From positions 2,232,001 to 2,296,000 of the forward strand of contig BQFW01000004.1 of assembly GCA_020891255.1 (NCBI GenBank): 64,000 bases of DNA, in the 5' to 3' direction. Of this stretch, positions 12,018 to 24,430 are shown piece after piece (positions within the stretch are counted from its first letter, which is position 1; each line of letters starts with the position of its first letter). The DNA is from Entomortierella parvispora E1425. Its lineage: Eukaryota; Fungi; Mortierellomycota. A program made the translations under genes and the position numbers. The notes beneath the pieces are model-generated. The model did no database searches. It worked only from the letters and a program-made list of their open reading frames with translations, and was not told the origin of the DNA.

Positions 12018-13206
12018 GTGCCAACCTTCGACCCTTTCCTCAAACTGACGAAAGAAAAAAAAATATCAAAATGATTCAAGTCTCTCCAGAAAGCAAAGAA
12101 ACAAAGTAAGTCATGTCTATTTTGAAATTTGCCCTGTTGCTGTTTGTTCTGGCCATCATGGTGGCCGTTCGTGTGGTGGCCTTCCGCCCGCTCCTTACCG
12201 TCCCGTTTTTGGTAGGTGCAACTATTATGGTGCTCGCAATTGCCGCTTTCAATGCTCTGAAGCGAGGAATGTAACTGCCATTCACTTGTGCTGCTTCAAC
12301 ATGGTTGAGTGCCTCAGGATACAACGGCCCACGATGTCCAGCTCCCTCCTTCATATACATGTTTTAAAATGCTTGGTGACTTGGCTAATGTCAATTCGTT
12401 ATTTGGTAGCCTACCCGTAACCGACTTTGCGACAGGATTATCCTTGACCAAAGGACTTTACAATGCACGTACATGTACCACCAAGTCTTTGCAGATGGTC
12501 GCATCTGATCAATGTTGTTCAAAGGAGGCGCGTGGAAAACGCGTCGTCCTCGCGTGAAAGCTGCTCTGAAGCGTCTGCAGGAGGTGGAAATCCCGTTTTT
12601 CTAGAAGCTATTCTAATCATCCTTCCATGAGCCTACGATCTCGCCCCTTTTGTATTTTTTATATCCCAAATAGCCTGTTGCTGACGAAGTGGTCGACTTC
12701 CGGCTACATCATAATGACAGAAAGAGGGAGGTCTTTGTGTGGATGCGTGGGTGCATGGGGTCCCCGACTTTTGCACACAACAACACACACGCGCATACAC
12801 AATACCTTGAGGGTTAAAACAGTTATGAATCTGGAGGAGGTGGCGGGGCTGGCCGTTTTATTTTTGCATGAAAAGAGGAATTGGTCGGTCGGTTTTGTCG
12901 TTTGTGTCCATCCCTTTCTTTTTCTTTTTCCCTCTTTTCAGGGGAACTCTGGGGGTTTTTTTTATTGTTGTTGTGTATCGATCCGAAAAGTGTTGCATGA
13001 ATGAACACAACAGAAATATTTTTTGACCCTTTTTTTCATGGATTGAGCTGAGCATCAAAACCTCCACGAGTTCGGTTGTTGGCCGTTGACACCAACATGA
13101 ACTGTTTCGCTCGGGGCTTTGTGAAGAAAAAAAAGGATCAAAAAGCTGTACTTGATCCGTTACTGCTGACCAAGACCTTCAAGTTATGGAGTGGTGCAAA
13201 AAAGAT

Positions 13207-13251
13207 ATCCACAACATCCACAACATCCACAACATCCACAACACCCACAAC
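13207..13251. repeat. 9-bp tandem repeat (ATCCACAAC)x4 plus one variant unit
   Basis: Read directly: four perfect units followed by ACCCACAAC. Confidence 0.9.
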
Positions 13252-15538
13252 AAGCAAAATACCTCTGGATGGTACTATCCTGAAAAGGGAACCTGTTTCT
13301 TGTATCTTTGCTGTTGGCTATTTAAAATTGAGATCTTTGACAAACGTGGCAAGAGATTGTTCTATTCCTCCTCGGGAAAGTCGCTTTTTTCCCCCTTCAT
13401 ACCGTTGAACCTCTGACAGCCATATCAAGGCTTGGAAGTTGTTTCACGGAGCTGGGATGGCTATGCGATCAACACTGGGGGCGCAAGAAGAAAAAAAAAA
13501 AAAAAAAAAAAGAGAGTACCGTTGACCAGTTGGAAGCTTGCTTGAGATCCAGGATAGACAAAAGAAAAGGCTGAGGCGGACGGGTGACCAAAAATAATGA
13601 CGGGTCTTGCTTGTTTTCCTTGAATGGTAGTATTGAAAGTCCTAGATGAGGCCTTTTAAACCCATCCCTGCAGCGGGATCTACAGCTAGTTTAAGAAAGA
13701 AAAAATAGAAGGGCTAGCTGCGGACGATTGAATGACTAGCAACTTGCAAGAACCACTCCAAGCTAGGGTGGTCATCCAAGTCCAGAAAACCGGAATGTAG
13801 TCCAAGGAATTCTCCTCTTTATATCCCCTCTTTCTTTTCTAGGGATCAGGGAATGATCGACAAAGCCAACCTTGTCCCGTAGTAGTTGGTCTTTGATTGA
13901 ACCGAAAGAGCAGAACGTGGTGCTTTACCTTTCCTCCTCCCTTTTCCCCCCGTTAGTTGTCCTGCATCATCTTTTTATCTTTCTTCTGCGGGCTCTCTTA
14001 CTTCTTTGCCCTCCCAACTGCAACGTTCAGGCCAGGCCCAACGAAATCGAGCCTGGGCAAAGTCATTCTATTCAGTGATTCCCATTGGGAACAGGCGAAC
14101 GGACGGACAAAGTCAAGAAATAAAAAATCTGCCTTGGTTCTTGCCTTTTGACTGCCGTTGCATGGTACCCATCACAAAAAAAAAAATAAAAAATAAAAAA
14201 TAAATAAAAAAACGCGCGGGTACTGGCAATGTGCCTCTCTGTGTGATAGAAAACAGGGGGCTAGGTGGGGTGCAGGATTGCGGGAATGACCAGAGGGAGG
14301 GAAGGATGATTGAAGATGATCCCAGAACGCGACAGGACGTAACGACGCGACCTCTTCCTCCTCCCTCCTCTCCCCTCGTACGGGTACCCCCGTTCAAAAA
14401 CCAAAGAATGAAGTGACAGACCTGTAAACAAGACCATGGTGGGCCACAGGACCCTCGATTGGACGCGTCAAGCCCTGTTTCCATTGGCCCTTTGGGCCGT
14501 AGTTTGGACAGCAAACGAAGATCCAACCCACGACTCGACTTTGCCCATCTCCAATTGCCCCTCCTCTCCCCTCGCTTCACCCCTCTTTGGGTCAGTCTCT
14601 TCATGTTGACCCCAATGCCATGCTGTGCCATGCTCCCGGGCTGTCTCACCACCCGTCTGCCCGTCCGTTTCTTTCATGCGTGCTCTATGCAGCACCCGTG
14701 CTCTCTCTGTCCCCGCTCGCTCCCTCTCCCCTGATTTCTATTCCAGAGTCCTTGGGTCCTCCAGACCGTCCATCCATTCATCCATCCGTGTTGTCCGTCT
14801 TTCGAGAAAAGTTTTGCCCGAGTCCCCTCCTCACTCTCTCTCTGCCTCGCTCTCTTTCCTCTTTCCTCTTTCTTTCCTCTTTTCTTCCACTCTCCTTACT
14901 TTCCACTCCTTCCAACTCATCACGCGCCCAGTTCCCTTGATCTCTTGTTCTCCCGCCATTCCTCTCTCTCTCTCTCTCTCTTGACCTTTATCGCTCTTCC
15001 CCTCTCTTTTCGTCCTAATCCCTTCATCCCAAGGCGTCCGATCGATCTTCACCCCCCGACCGAGCCCCTTCAATCTCCCTCCCCCTGTCGTCGTTGCCCT
15101 CGACCACAAGAAAGAAAGAAAGAAAGAAAGAAAAGAACAACAAGCATCTTTATTCCCTCTTGTTCTTCATCCATCGATTCATTTTACCAACATTTCTTGT
15201 CCGCCCTGTTTCCCTGAACACACAACAGCGACAACGACCACAACGACCACAACAACAATAACAGCAACGCAGTAATTTCCAAAAAAAAAAGAGAAAGACG
15301 ACCTACTCTTTTCCTTCTTTTCCCTGCCTTTGTCTCCACTTCAGCCCAACCACCCCTGGACAACAAACAACCCTTTTATATTTCATTTTCTTCTGCCAAA
15401 AAATCAAAAAAAAAAGGAAGAAGAAACGGAAACAGAAAACAGCAGCTCATTCGTCCAGCGGCATTCACTCCATTCCATTGACTCCATTCCATTGGCACCA
15501 CCCATCCTTGCATCAGAAAGAATCAGCTTTATACAGCA

Positions 15539-17658
15539 ATGCGCGAATACAAGCTCGTCGTCCTAGGTTCCGGAGGCGTTGGAAAATCAGCCCTGGTAAG
15601 TCCGATTTTTTCTACATTTTCTTTTAATTCTTTTCTGTTCTCTTTTCCTTGTCCCTTCTTCTTTCTTTACACGTGGTGCCTGCTTCTACTATCTCTTTTA
15701 CTCTTTTTAAGTCTTGCCCAGAGACTCGAGTCCTCGGTCGACGATGGGTCATGTTCAGGAGACAGCTTTGACCCCCGAGTCAAAAGCCCACCCTCCCTCT
15801 CCCTTCTCTCTCTCCGCCTGTTAGTCATTTTGTGCTGTGCACAGTCTTGTTTGTTGAAAAATGGGAAAGAGAGGAAAAGGAGGAGAGGGGCCCATGCAAG
15901 TGCAACTCTATCTTTTGTTTTCCTTTTCGCATCCCATTAAAACGAAAAAGAGCAGACAGAAACGACAGAAGGAATGAATAACGCGATAGGAAGGAAAAGG
16001 GGAACCCACCTCTCAAAAGACTAATGTCCACGGTACAGGGCAAAGCAACATCTCTCTACTCATTCACTTTGGGTTGGGGGTTTGCGAGGGGGGGTGGGGG
16101 GAGATGGCTCAAGGAAGGAGGGGGGACTTTCGACGGACAGGAAGGGGAAAAAAGGGGGATCACCGGCAGTCAACAAAGAGCTGGAACGGATAGACAGACA
16201 GATGGGGCACGGCTTTTTTTTTTGAACGATTCATGCATTTCCATTGGTGACCCTTGCGCGCGCGTTCGCGTTTCTTTTGGGTCCTTTGGGCAGATTTCAA
16301 CAAACACAATTAGTGAAGAGTGGTTGAGATTTGGCGTTTCCATTTTTTTCCAATGCTTGGTACAGAGAGATCTCAAAGTAGGGGGTGGAGAGGGAGAGAA
16401 AGAGACAGAGAGAGCCAGGGAGGGGGAGATGAGAGCACCATCGCGCTCTCCTTCCAAACTCAAATGGTGCATGGGTATGAACAGGAGAAGAGGAAAGAAG
16501 AGATGAGGGGCATTGCATTGCATGGCGCACTTTTTAGAAGGGATAGAAGTAAAAGGAGAACCGTAATCTTCTTCCGGATCGACCACACAGAGAGCAAGAG
16601 CCAAGAGGCAGGCAGGGTTTTCAAGAGCAAAGAAACGAACCAACGCGCTTCGACCTCCTTAGCACTATTGTTCTGCCTTCTTTTTTTTTTTTTTGCATTG
16701 TTGTTGTTTTGCAACCCCCCCCCCCCCCACACCATTGGTTCCCAAGTGAGGAGGATGAGAAATATGGGCGATCGATTACTTGATCTGCATGGCTAACCAC
16801 TTCCTTCCATCTCTTTGGGCATGCCTCTCGCTCTTCGTAGACTGTTCAATTTGTACAATCAGAATTCGTGGATCAATACGACCCTACCATTGAGGACTCT
16901 TATCGGAAACAAGTCGAAGTCGATGGTCAACAATGCATGCTAGAGATCCTTGATACAGCAGGCACGGAGCAGTTCACAGCAATGCGGGATCTTTACATGA
17001 AAAATGGTCAAGGTTTTATCCTCGTCTTTTCCATCATCTCTCCCTCAACATTTGAAGAATTGACTGAGCTTCATCAGCAGATCATTCGCGTCAAGGACTC
17101 CATGACGGTAAGGCCGCCAGGATATGAGGCAAGAAAACAACACACCCACCCCTCTTTTTTTTGTTGGCTCTTTATCCTAATTGGGTTTTGACACAATGGG
17201 AGAAGGGGATTGTTGTGTTGCACGGATAAAACTGGGGACAGGAATGAAAAGTGGACTGTGAGTGAGAAAGCGCGCGTGGGAGAGAGGGATGGGGGGAAGG
17301 GGAGAATCATCCACAAGCAGATGGTCTAGGAAAACAAACAAGGCACTTTACTCATACCCACGCTTCCTCTTTTTTGTTTTTTTTTGTCCTCAACCTGTCC
17401 CGCTAAAATGACATCTTTTAGGTACCCATTGTCCTCGTTGGCAACAAATGTGATCTAGAGAGTGACCGCCTCGTACCACGGAGCGACGGTGACAGGTTAT
17501 CGATGGAGTGGGGATCAGCACCATTCTACGAGACGTCGGCACGGACAGGGGTGAACGTAGACGAGGTCTTTTATGACCTGGTACGAAAGATCAACCGCCA
17601 AAATCCACACCGATCCCAAAGAAGAGCATCTCGCCCAAACAAGTGCACCATTCTCTAA
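15539..17658 (+). CDS. RAP1: Rap1/Rsr1-type Ras-family small GTPase, 186 aa
   Basis: Exons 15539..15595, 16841..17107, 17422..17658. Motifs: [59 protein letters not shown] (Rap-specific Thr61), [12 protein letters not shown], and CAAX box CTIL. Confidence 0.95.
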
Positions 17659-18453
17659 AATCTCTTTTCTCTACTCTTCGTTCTCCACCCCTTCATTGCA
17701 CCCCCTCTTTTTCATTCTACCTTTGCTGTCCGTTTTCGTTTGTTTGTTCAACAGACACATGGCACGCTGGATGCAGTGTATCATTGGCCGACTGCAGTCT
17801 GCTGCATCTTTGTTCCATTGCAAACGCGTGCAGACGCGTCCTCACCCCACTACCTTCGTCCCCTCTTTTTTTTATTTTTATATCGCGTCGCCCCATCTTG
17901 CCCATGCTTTCTCTAGTCGCCCTTTTTCAGGTGCAACCTTCTCCTACCCCCCCCCCCCTATTTTGCTTTTAACCATTGAGTCGTTTTTCGTCCATGATGG
18001 TAACACTAGTCTATAAGCGCACGCCACCCATTCAACCCAGCCACATCCGCTATATTTACTCTTCTCACACACACACACACGCACACACACACTCTTTCGC
18101 CTTCTCTCGGTTAGACGGGCGGGCCTTACGCTCCGACAAAAACAAAAAAGAATAAAAAGCAAAAAATAACAAAAAGATAAAAAAAAAACATTTTCCTGTT
18201 TTTCATGCAACGGACAACGGGCAAGGCGCAGCAGGCGTTGGTGTTCCGATAGAACGGATGGACGTTGTATATTTTTTTTGTTTGTTATGAATGGAAATGG
18301 GCTGGAGGTTTATCCTTTCCAATGGACAACCAAAAAAAAAGAAAAAAAAAAAACCACATGAACACAGCGTGCGCAAGAGAGAGGGGATGAGACGTAGGAC
18401 AGATAAATGAACCTGTTTTTTTTTTTTTTTTTTTTTTTATTTGGGCCCGGTCT

Positions 18454-20479
18454 TTATGCAGAGTCCATACTTGGTTCTAGTTCGTCTTCCTTATCTGCCC
18501 GCTGACACATCTGCAAGTCAATAAAGAAGGCGATGAAATAAAAGTTAGGTCGTGATCCGGCAAGGGCATTGCATTTCAGTGGTAGTGAGCTAGATGGAGG
18601 CGTGGGGATTTACCTTTTTGAATTTCTTGTATGGGAACTTTGGAGCCTCTTCAATCTCGTCCCGTGGAAGAATCCACTCCAGATACACCCAAAACAAGTA
18701 GTCCAGCGCAATCATGATACAGAACAACTTGCCGACAAAGACACCGCATCCATAGTAACTATAGGTAAACATTCCATTGATAACATGTTTAGTCTGCTGC
18801 CGGATTCTTTTGCACCTTGACTGCAGTCAGCTGAAAAATTAAACGGTCCATGTTGAGCTTACCTGCGAAGTCTTTCAATTAGCGGAGGGTCTCGCGTTTG
18901 AGAAATGGCATCGTACACCTTCTCTGTTCTTTCAGCGACATTAACCCAGCTGTACATCTCTTTGAGCTCATCGTTGAACTTCACCGGTTGCACCTCTTTT
19001 CTGTGGATCATTTCAATCGATCGGCCGAGTGCTTCAACCAAGTCTATCAGCAACAACATATGAAAATTGTCAATTGCTGTCTGCTACATTTCTCTCCTAC
19101 TATCAGTCTGAAAAAAAAAGAGACTTACCATCTTCCTCTGGTTTTGAAAAAAGAATCATATGTCGAGGTAATACTTCAGGGACGCCTCCCACCTTGGTGC
19201 TGACCACAAGAAGACCTGCACAGGCCGCCTCTACGATACCGATACAGAACGCCTCCGTCAAACTGGTATTCAAAAAGATTTGTCCGCGTACAAGAGTCTA
19301 AAAAATAAAAAAAAAGTCAGTACCAAAAAAAATCGATCGCTCTAGTAGCACTTTCCCCCCCTCTTCTGCCAATGCGTGGCCTCTTACGTTGCGGACTTCG
19401 TGTGCCTTGACAGATCCCAAGAGCTCAACTCGGTCATGAAGCAAGTTCTTTTCCCGCATTTGCTCCAGATCGATCCTTTTGGGTCCATCGCCACCAATGA
19501 CGAACCGAACTTTTGAGTATTTTCGACAGATCCGTGGAACGACTGCTACCAAAAGGTCCATTCCTTTTCGATATGTTTGACGGGAAATGACAACGATCGT
19601 GGCTAAAGGTAGGAGGGAAGAGCTTAGCCTTCGGAATACAAGTTCATCTAGCTCTATCAGTTTGCCAGATCTTCCTCAAATTTGACAAGTGGTCACGTAC
19701 TGACATTCGGATCTTGCATGCTAGGATCTGGCTTGAATCTGGAAGCAATGACTGCGTTTGGAATTACGGAAACATTCTGTGGCGTCAAGGCGGCTCGAAG
19801 AACCGTGTTTTCTTTACTATTATGTGAAAGAATAGGAATGTCAGCCAGAGTAACTTTGTTACTTTTTTCCCTCTGTCTTTTTCCGTATTCAGTGGCTTAC
19901 CTTGTATGAGAAACACAGACGACATGGTCGATATCCGAGAGTGTAAATTTGAGGAACTTGTTCATGACAATACTGCTGGGATCTGAAAATCCAAAAAGAG
20001 AATGATCGGTGAAACAGGTCTTGAGGCCCATGGTTCTGGCATGGATGATAGCTTCGTGGCACATTGAGGAAAATGCTTGGTGTCCATGAACAATGGATAT
20101 CCGTTCTCTGAGAATGATGGATCGGAAGATGGGAAAGAATCCATAGAGAGTAGGAGGTGTGGCGGCCTGGAAGACAACCAACATGGGGACATGATAGACC
20201 TTGAGGCCATTGGTGAGACAGCGCACGCCAGTTCTGCTCCCGTAGGCGTGAGTGATGATGATGACCTTGTGGCCACGCTGGATCAGGCGCTGTGAAAGAT
20301 GGTATAAATGGGACTCGACTCCTCCTGCGTTCGGATAGAAAAAGTCCGAGACCATGCTATGACAGCCGAAGGGAGAGGAAGGAAGGAAGGCAGCGATTGA
20401 GTCTTTGTTCTTTTCTTTTCGATGAGCAACGCATGCAGGTTGGATGAGGCAGTCCATTGTACCAGATGTTGTAGGGCAT
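18454..20479 (-). CDS. SPT14: GPI-GlcNAc transferase catalytic subunit (PIG-A/GPI3)
   Basis: Exons 20479..20463, 20356..19901, 19816..19701, 19602..19388, 19297..19129, 19043..18863, 18758..18614 and a probable last exon 18510..18454. Motifs: [73 protein letters not shown], and a C-terminal TM segment. The last exon is less certain; the alternative stop is at 18590. Confidence 0.95.
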
Positions 20480-20885
20480 CGTGAGTATGAGTATGAGTGT
20501 GTCTGTGGAATGAATGAGTGAATGAATAGGTGAATGAGCCCTTTTCCTTGCGCCCTTCCTGGTCTGGTTGTCGGTGGTCCTGTTCCTTCGAGTTGAAGGA
20601 CAGACAGACTGACAGTGAACGTCAAAAAGGGATTCACCCAAAGGAGGGTCCACTTACGGGGCGCACATCGGTGGCTTTGTTCTGTTCTCTTTCGCACTCC
20701 CTCTTCTTTTTTGTTCATTGTGTGATGTGATGTGATGTGATGTGATGGTGATCTCTTCAAACACGGCATCGTCTCCTTCCTTCTTCCTTCCTTCCCTTCC
20801 TTTGCTCCCGCGCTCGCTCTCTTCACGGACTGACTGGCAGACAGACAGAAAGACTCATTCTCGCTCCATCCCCACCACAGTCCCC

Positions 20886-23800
20886 ATGCCTGCAGAGAAG
20901 AAGACCACTCAAAAGCGCGGAAAGGCTGCTGCTGCTGCTGCTGCTGTTGCTGTTCCTGAGCCCATCGAAGGCATCGTCGAGGACTCGGTCAACATTGTAA
21001 GGACGCTTCCTTCCATTATGCCGCGATGCATGACCTTTGTTCTTTCATTCTCTCTCCCTTCTTACTCACTGACATTGTCATTTCCATTTCTAGTCGGACA
21101 AGGACCTTGCATTCGAGGAGGATCTGCTCAGGAACCCTTACTCACTTCGCCACTGGGTCCGCCTTATCGAGCACCATGCGACTTCACCACTTGCCCAACA
21201 GTTTGTGATCTACGAGCGTGCTGTCAAGGAATTGCCAGGATCTTACAAGCTCTGGAAGACATATCTGGATTTGAGACGTCAGCACCTTGCCAAACTTCGT
21301 CTCCCCTATATCAAAGCACAGGAAGAGTGGGAGAATGTCGACAACTGCTATGAGAGAGCCTTGGTCCTCTTGCACAAGGTACGAAGTTCTTCCTGTTCCT
21401 TTATTTCTATCCATTCCATCAGAGGTCTGTTGTGTATTCATATTTTTTAAACACAATAGATGCCCAGGATCTGGATCGACTACTTGGAACATCTCACAGC
21501 TTCGCCAAAGATCACAAAGACGAGACGGACCTTTGACAAGGCCCTTAGAGCCCTCCCCATCACTCAACATATCCGTATCTGGGGCTTGTACCTTACCTGG
21601 GCAAAGAAGATTGGTGGCGAGACTGCCTTGAAGGTCTACAAGAGATACTTGAAGGTACGGGAACGCGAGTCCATGACATGATCTCTCAATCACCGATTTG
21701 AGCATTGACGGGTGCAACAGGTATTCAAAAAAGTCTAACCCCCCGCTTTGCATATCTTTATTAGCTCGAGCCAAACCATGGAGAGGAATATGTGGATCTT
21801 TTGGTTTCAATGGAGCGTTACGACGAGGCTGCTTCGCGACTCTGCAAGTTGATCAACGACGAGCACTTCCAATCTAGACATGGCAAATCTCACTACCAGC
21901 TCTGGCGTCAACTCTGCGACATCATCTGCACCCACCCCAAGGATATCAAATCTGTTCCTATCGAAAACATCATCCGGAGCGGCATCAAGCGGTTTACAGA
22001 TCAGACGGGTCGTCTCTGGAATGACTTGGCAAAATACAGGATTTTGCTCAACCATTTCGACAAGGCACGGGATGTCTACGAGGAGGCAATTACAACCGTC
22101 ATGACCGTCCGCGATTTCACTCAGGTCTTTGATGCCTACGCAGAGTTTGAAGAGTCTGTGATCAGTGCAAAGATGGAGGCTGCGGAGGCTGCAGAGGCGG
22201 AGGGCGAGGAGGTGGATCAAATGGATCTCGACATGCGTCTGATGCGTTTGGAACGACTCATGGAGCGCCGACCCTTCTTGGTCAACGAAGTTTTGTTGAG
22301 ACAGAACCCCAACAGTGTTCATGAATGGCAAAAGCGTGTGGAGCTCTATGGCGACAATGCTCAGAGGGTGGTCGACACTTATACAAAGGCTGTCACGACC
22401 ATCCACCCCAAGAAGGCTGATGGAAAGTTCCACTCATTGTGGGTCAATTTCGCAAAGTTTTACGAGGATGGAAACGATATTCGGTCAGCACGGACTATTT
22501 TCGACAAGGCCGTCAAGGTCAACTACAAGACTGTGAACGACCTGGCGGATGTTTGGTGCGAATATGCAGAGATGGAGCTCAGAAACGAGTAAGTGTGGGC
22601 GTATGCCCTATTCAGACGTTTAGAGGATGATGGGTTTTGTAGCAACTTCATCTAACTTGAAATGTCCCCTTTTTTGTAGGAATTACGATGCTGCCCTTCA
22701 GGTTATGGGACGAGCCACGATACCATCCAAGCAAAAGAACATTGCATTCCACGACGAGGTAATAACTCCATACATCGACAAAATGTGTGTTTGATTTGTC
22801 CCTGGAAGTTTGGCACTTTGTTCTAATATTCATGTTTCTTGTTTCTCCTCTCAAAAGACTTTGCCTGTCCAAGCTCGTGTCTTCAAGTCATTACGTCTGT
22901 GGTCATTCTATGTGGATCTAGAAGAGTCTATTGGCACAGTCGAGTCTACAAAGGGAGTCTATGACAAGATTCTTGAGCTCAAGATCGCCAACCCTCAGAT
23001 CATTGTCAACTATGCCAACTTTTTGGAGGAGAACAAGTTCTTTGAGGACAGTTACAAGGTGTACGAGCGCGGCATTGATCTTTTTGGATACCCTATTGCA
23101 TTCGAGCTCTGGAACACTTATCTGTTGAAATTCATGGAACGTTATGTAAGTTTTTGTTTTTCATCTCTGGAGATATCAATGTTTTTGCAGCGAGAGAAAA
23201 GTCTATGGCGAGTGGAATCAAAAAACTGATCTCAACTCGCATTTTTTCATTTCTTTAGGGTGGAACGAAACTGGAGCGTACTAGAGATTTGTTCGAACAG
23301 GCTCTGGAGAAGGTGCCCGCAAAGTATGCCAAGCCCTTCTTCCTTATGTATGGCAACTTGGAGGAGACCCATGGATTGGCGCGTCATGCTATGAGTATTT
23401 ATGACCGTGCTACCAAGGCCGTGGCGCCCGAGGACCGTGCGGACATGTTCCACTTCTACATTGCAAAGGCAGCAACCATGTTTGGCGTTACCTCTACTCG
23501 CGAGATTTACGAGCGGGCGATCGAGGTTCTTCAAGACAAGGATGCGCGTGTGATGTGCATGCGGTACGCCGATATGGAGCGCAAGCTCGGAGAAATCGAT
23601 CGTGCCCGTGGTATCTTTGCCCATGGCAGTCAATTCTGCGATCCTAGAGTAAGGACAGATACCAATGTTTCTTTTTTGTTTTGTTTTTGCTAACAAGCTA
23701 TTCGGTCGAATGCATACCAGCTTGTTGTTTGGATTTTTCTAACGAGATTTGTTATCTCCTTTCCTCTTTTTCTTAAAAAAATCACTAGGTCACTCAAGAT

Positions 23801-24246
23801 TACTGGCAGACATGGCACGACTTTGAGGTGCAACATGGAAACGAGGATACTTTCAAGGAAATGCTCCGTATCAAGCGCAGTGTCCAAATCAAGTTCAACA
23901 CCGATGTCAGTTATATCACTGCTCAGATGCTCCAGACGCAGGAAAAGAACAAGGCGGCTGGATCAGGCGATGCTATGCAGTCTTTGGATCGTATGACTAC
24001 TGGAGGACCTGGCGAGATGGCCTTTGTCAAGTATGTTTTCCTGTTATTCATTTCCCCCTTCTTTTTTTGGACATGGCATGTACAACTCGTTTTCTAACCG
24101 AAATGATTCTTTGTATTATCATCTTTTTTTCTAGATCCAAGGCACACTCGATCCAGGTCACCGATGGAAGCAACCAGGAGCCAGAAGCACCCGTTGTTCC
24201 CTCCAACCCAGACGAAATTACGATCGAGGACGACGACGATTTGTAA
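20886..24246 (+). CDS. SYF1: Pre-mRNA splicing factor SYF1/XAB2 (HAT repeats, NTC component)
   Basis: Nine exons. Motifs: [132 protein letters not shown]. The protein ends [13 protein letters not shown]. Confidence 0.96.
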
Positions 24247-24430
24247 AAAAAGACACACCTCCTCCCACCACTATCATCAAAGTAAAATATGTCATAAAAA
24301 GAGACAGTTTTTTTTCTTTTTTTTTTTTTTTTTGAATCAATTCTGGAGGTGCCTTGGAAGAAGAGATTTTATTATAATGCAGAAGAATGCCAATGAAAAG
24401 AATGAGAATGCGGGAAGGGGGTGTAACGGA

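Noticed and set aside
11576-12079. Minus-strand frame open for about 167 codons except one TGA (11864-11866, YGCF*KVGP): selenocysteine or readthrough?
   Set aside because: No recognisable selenoprotein fold or SECIS, no ATG context, and it overlaps the inverted-repeat segment. Sec use is known in only a few early-diverging fungi. A chance or decayed frame is more likely.
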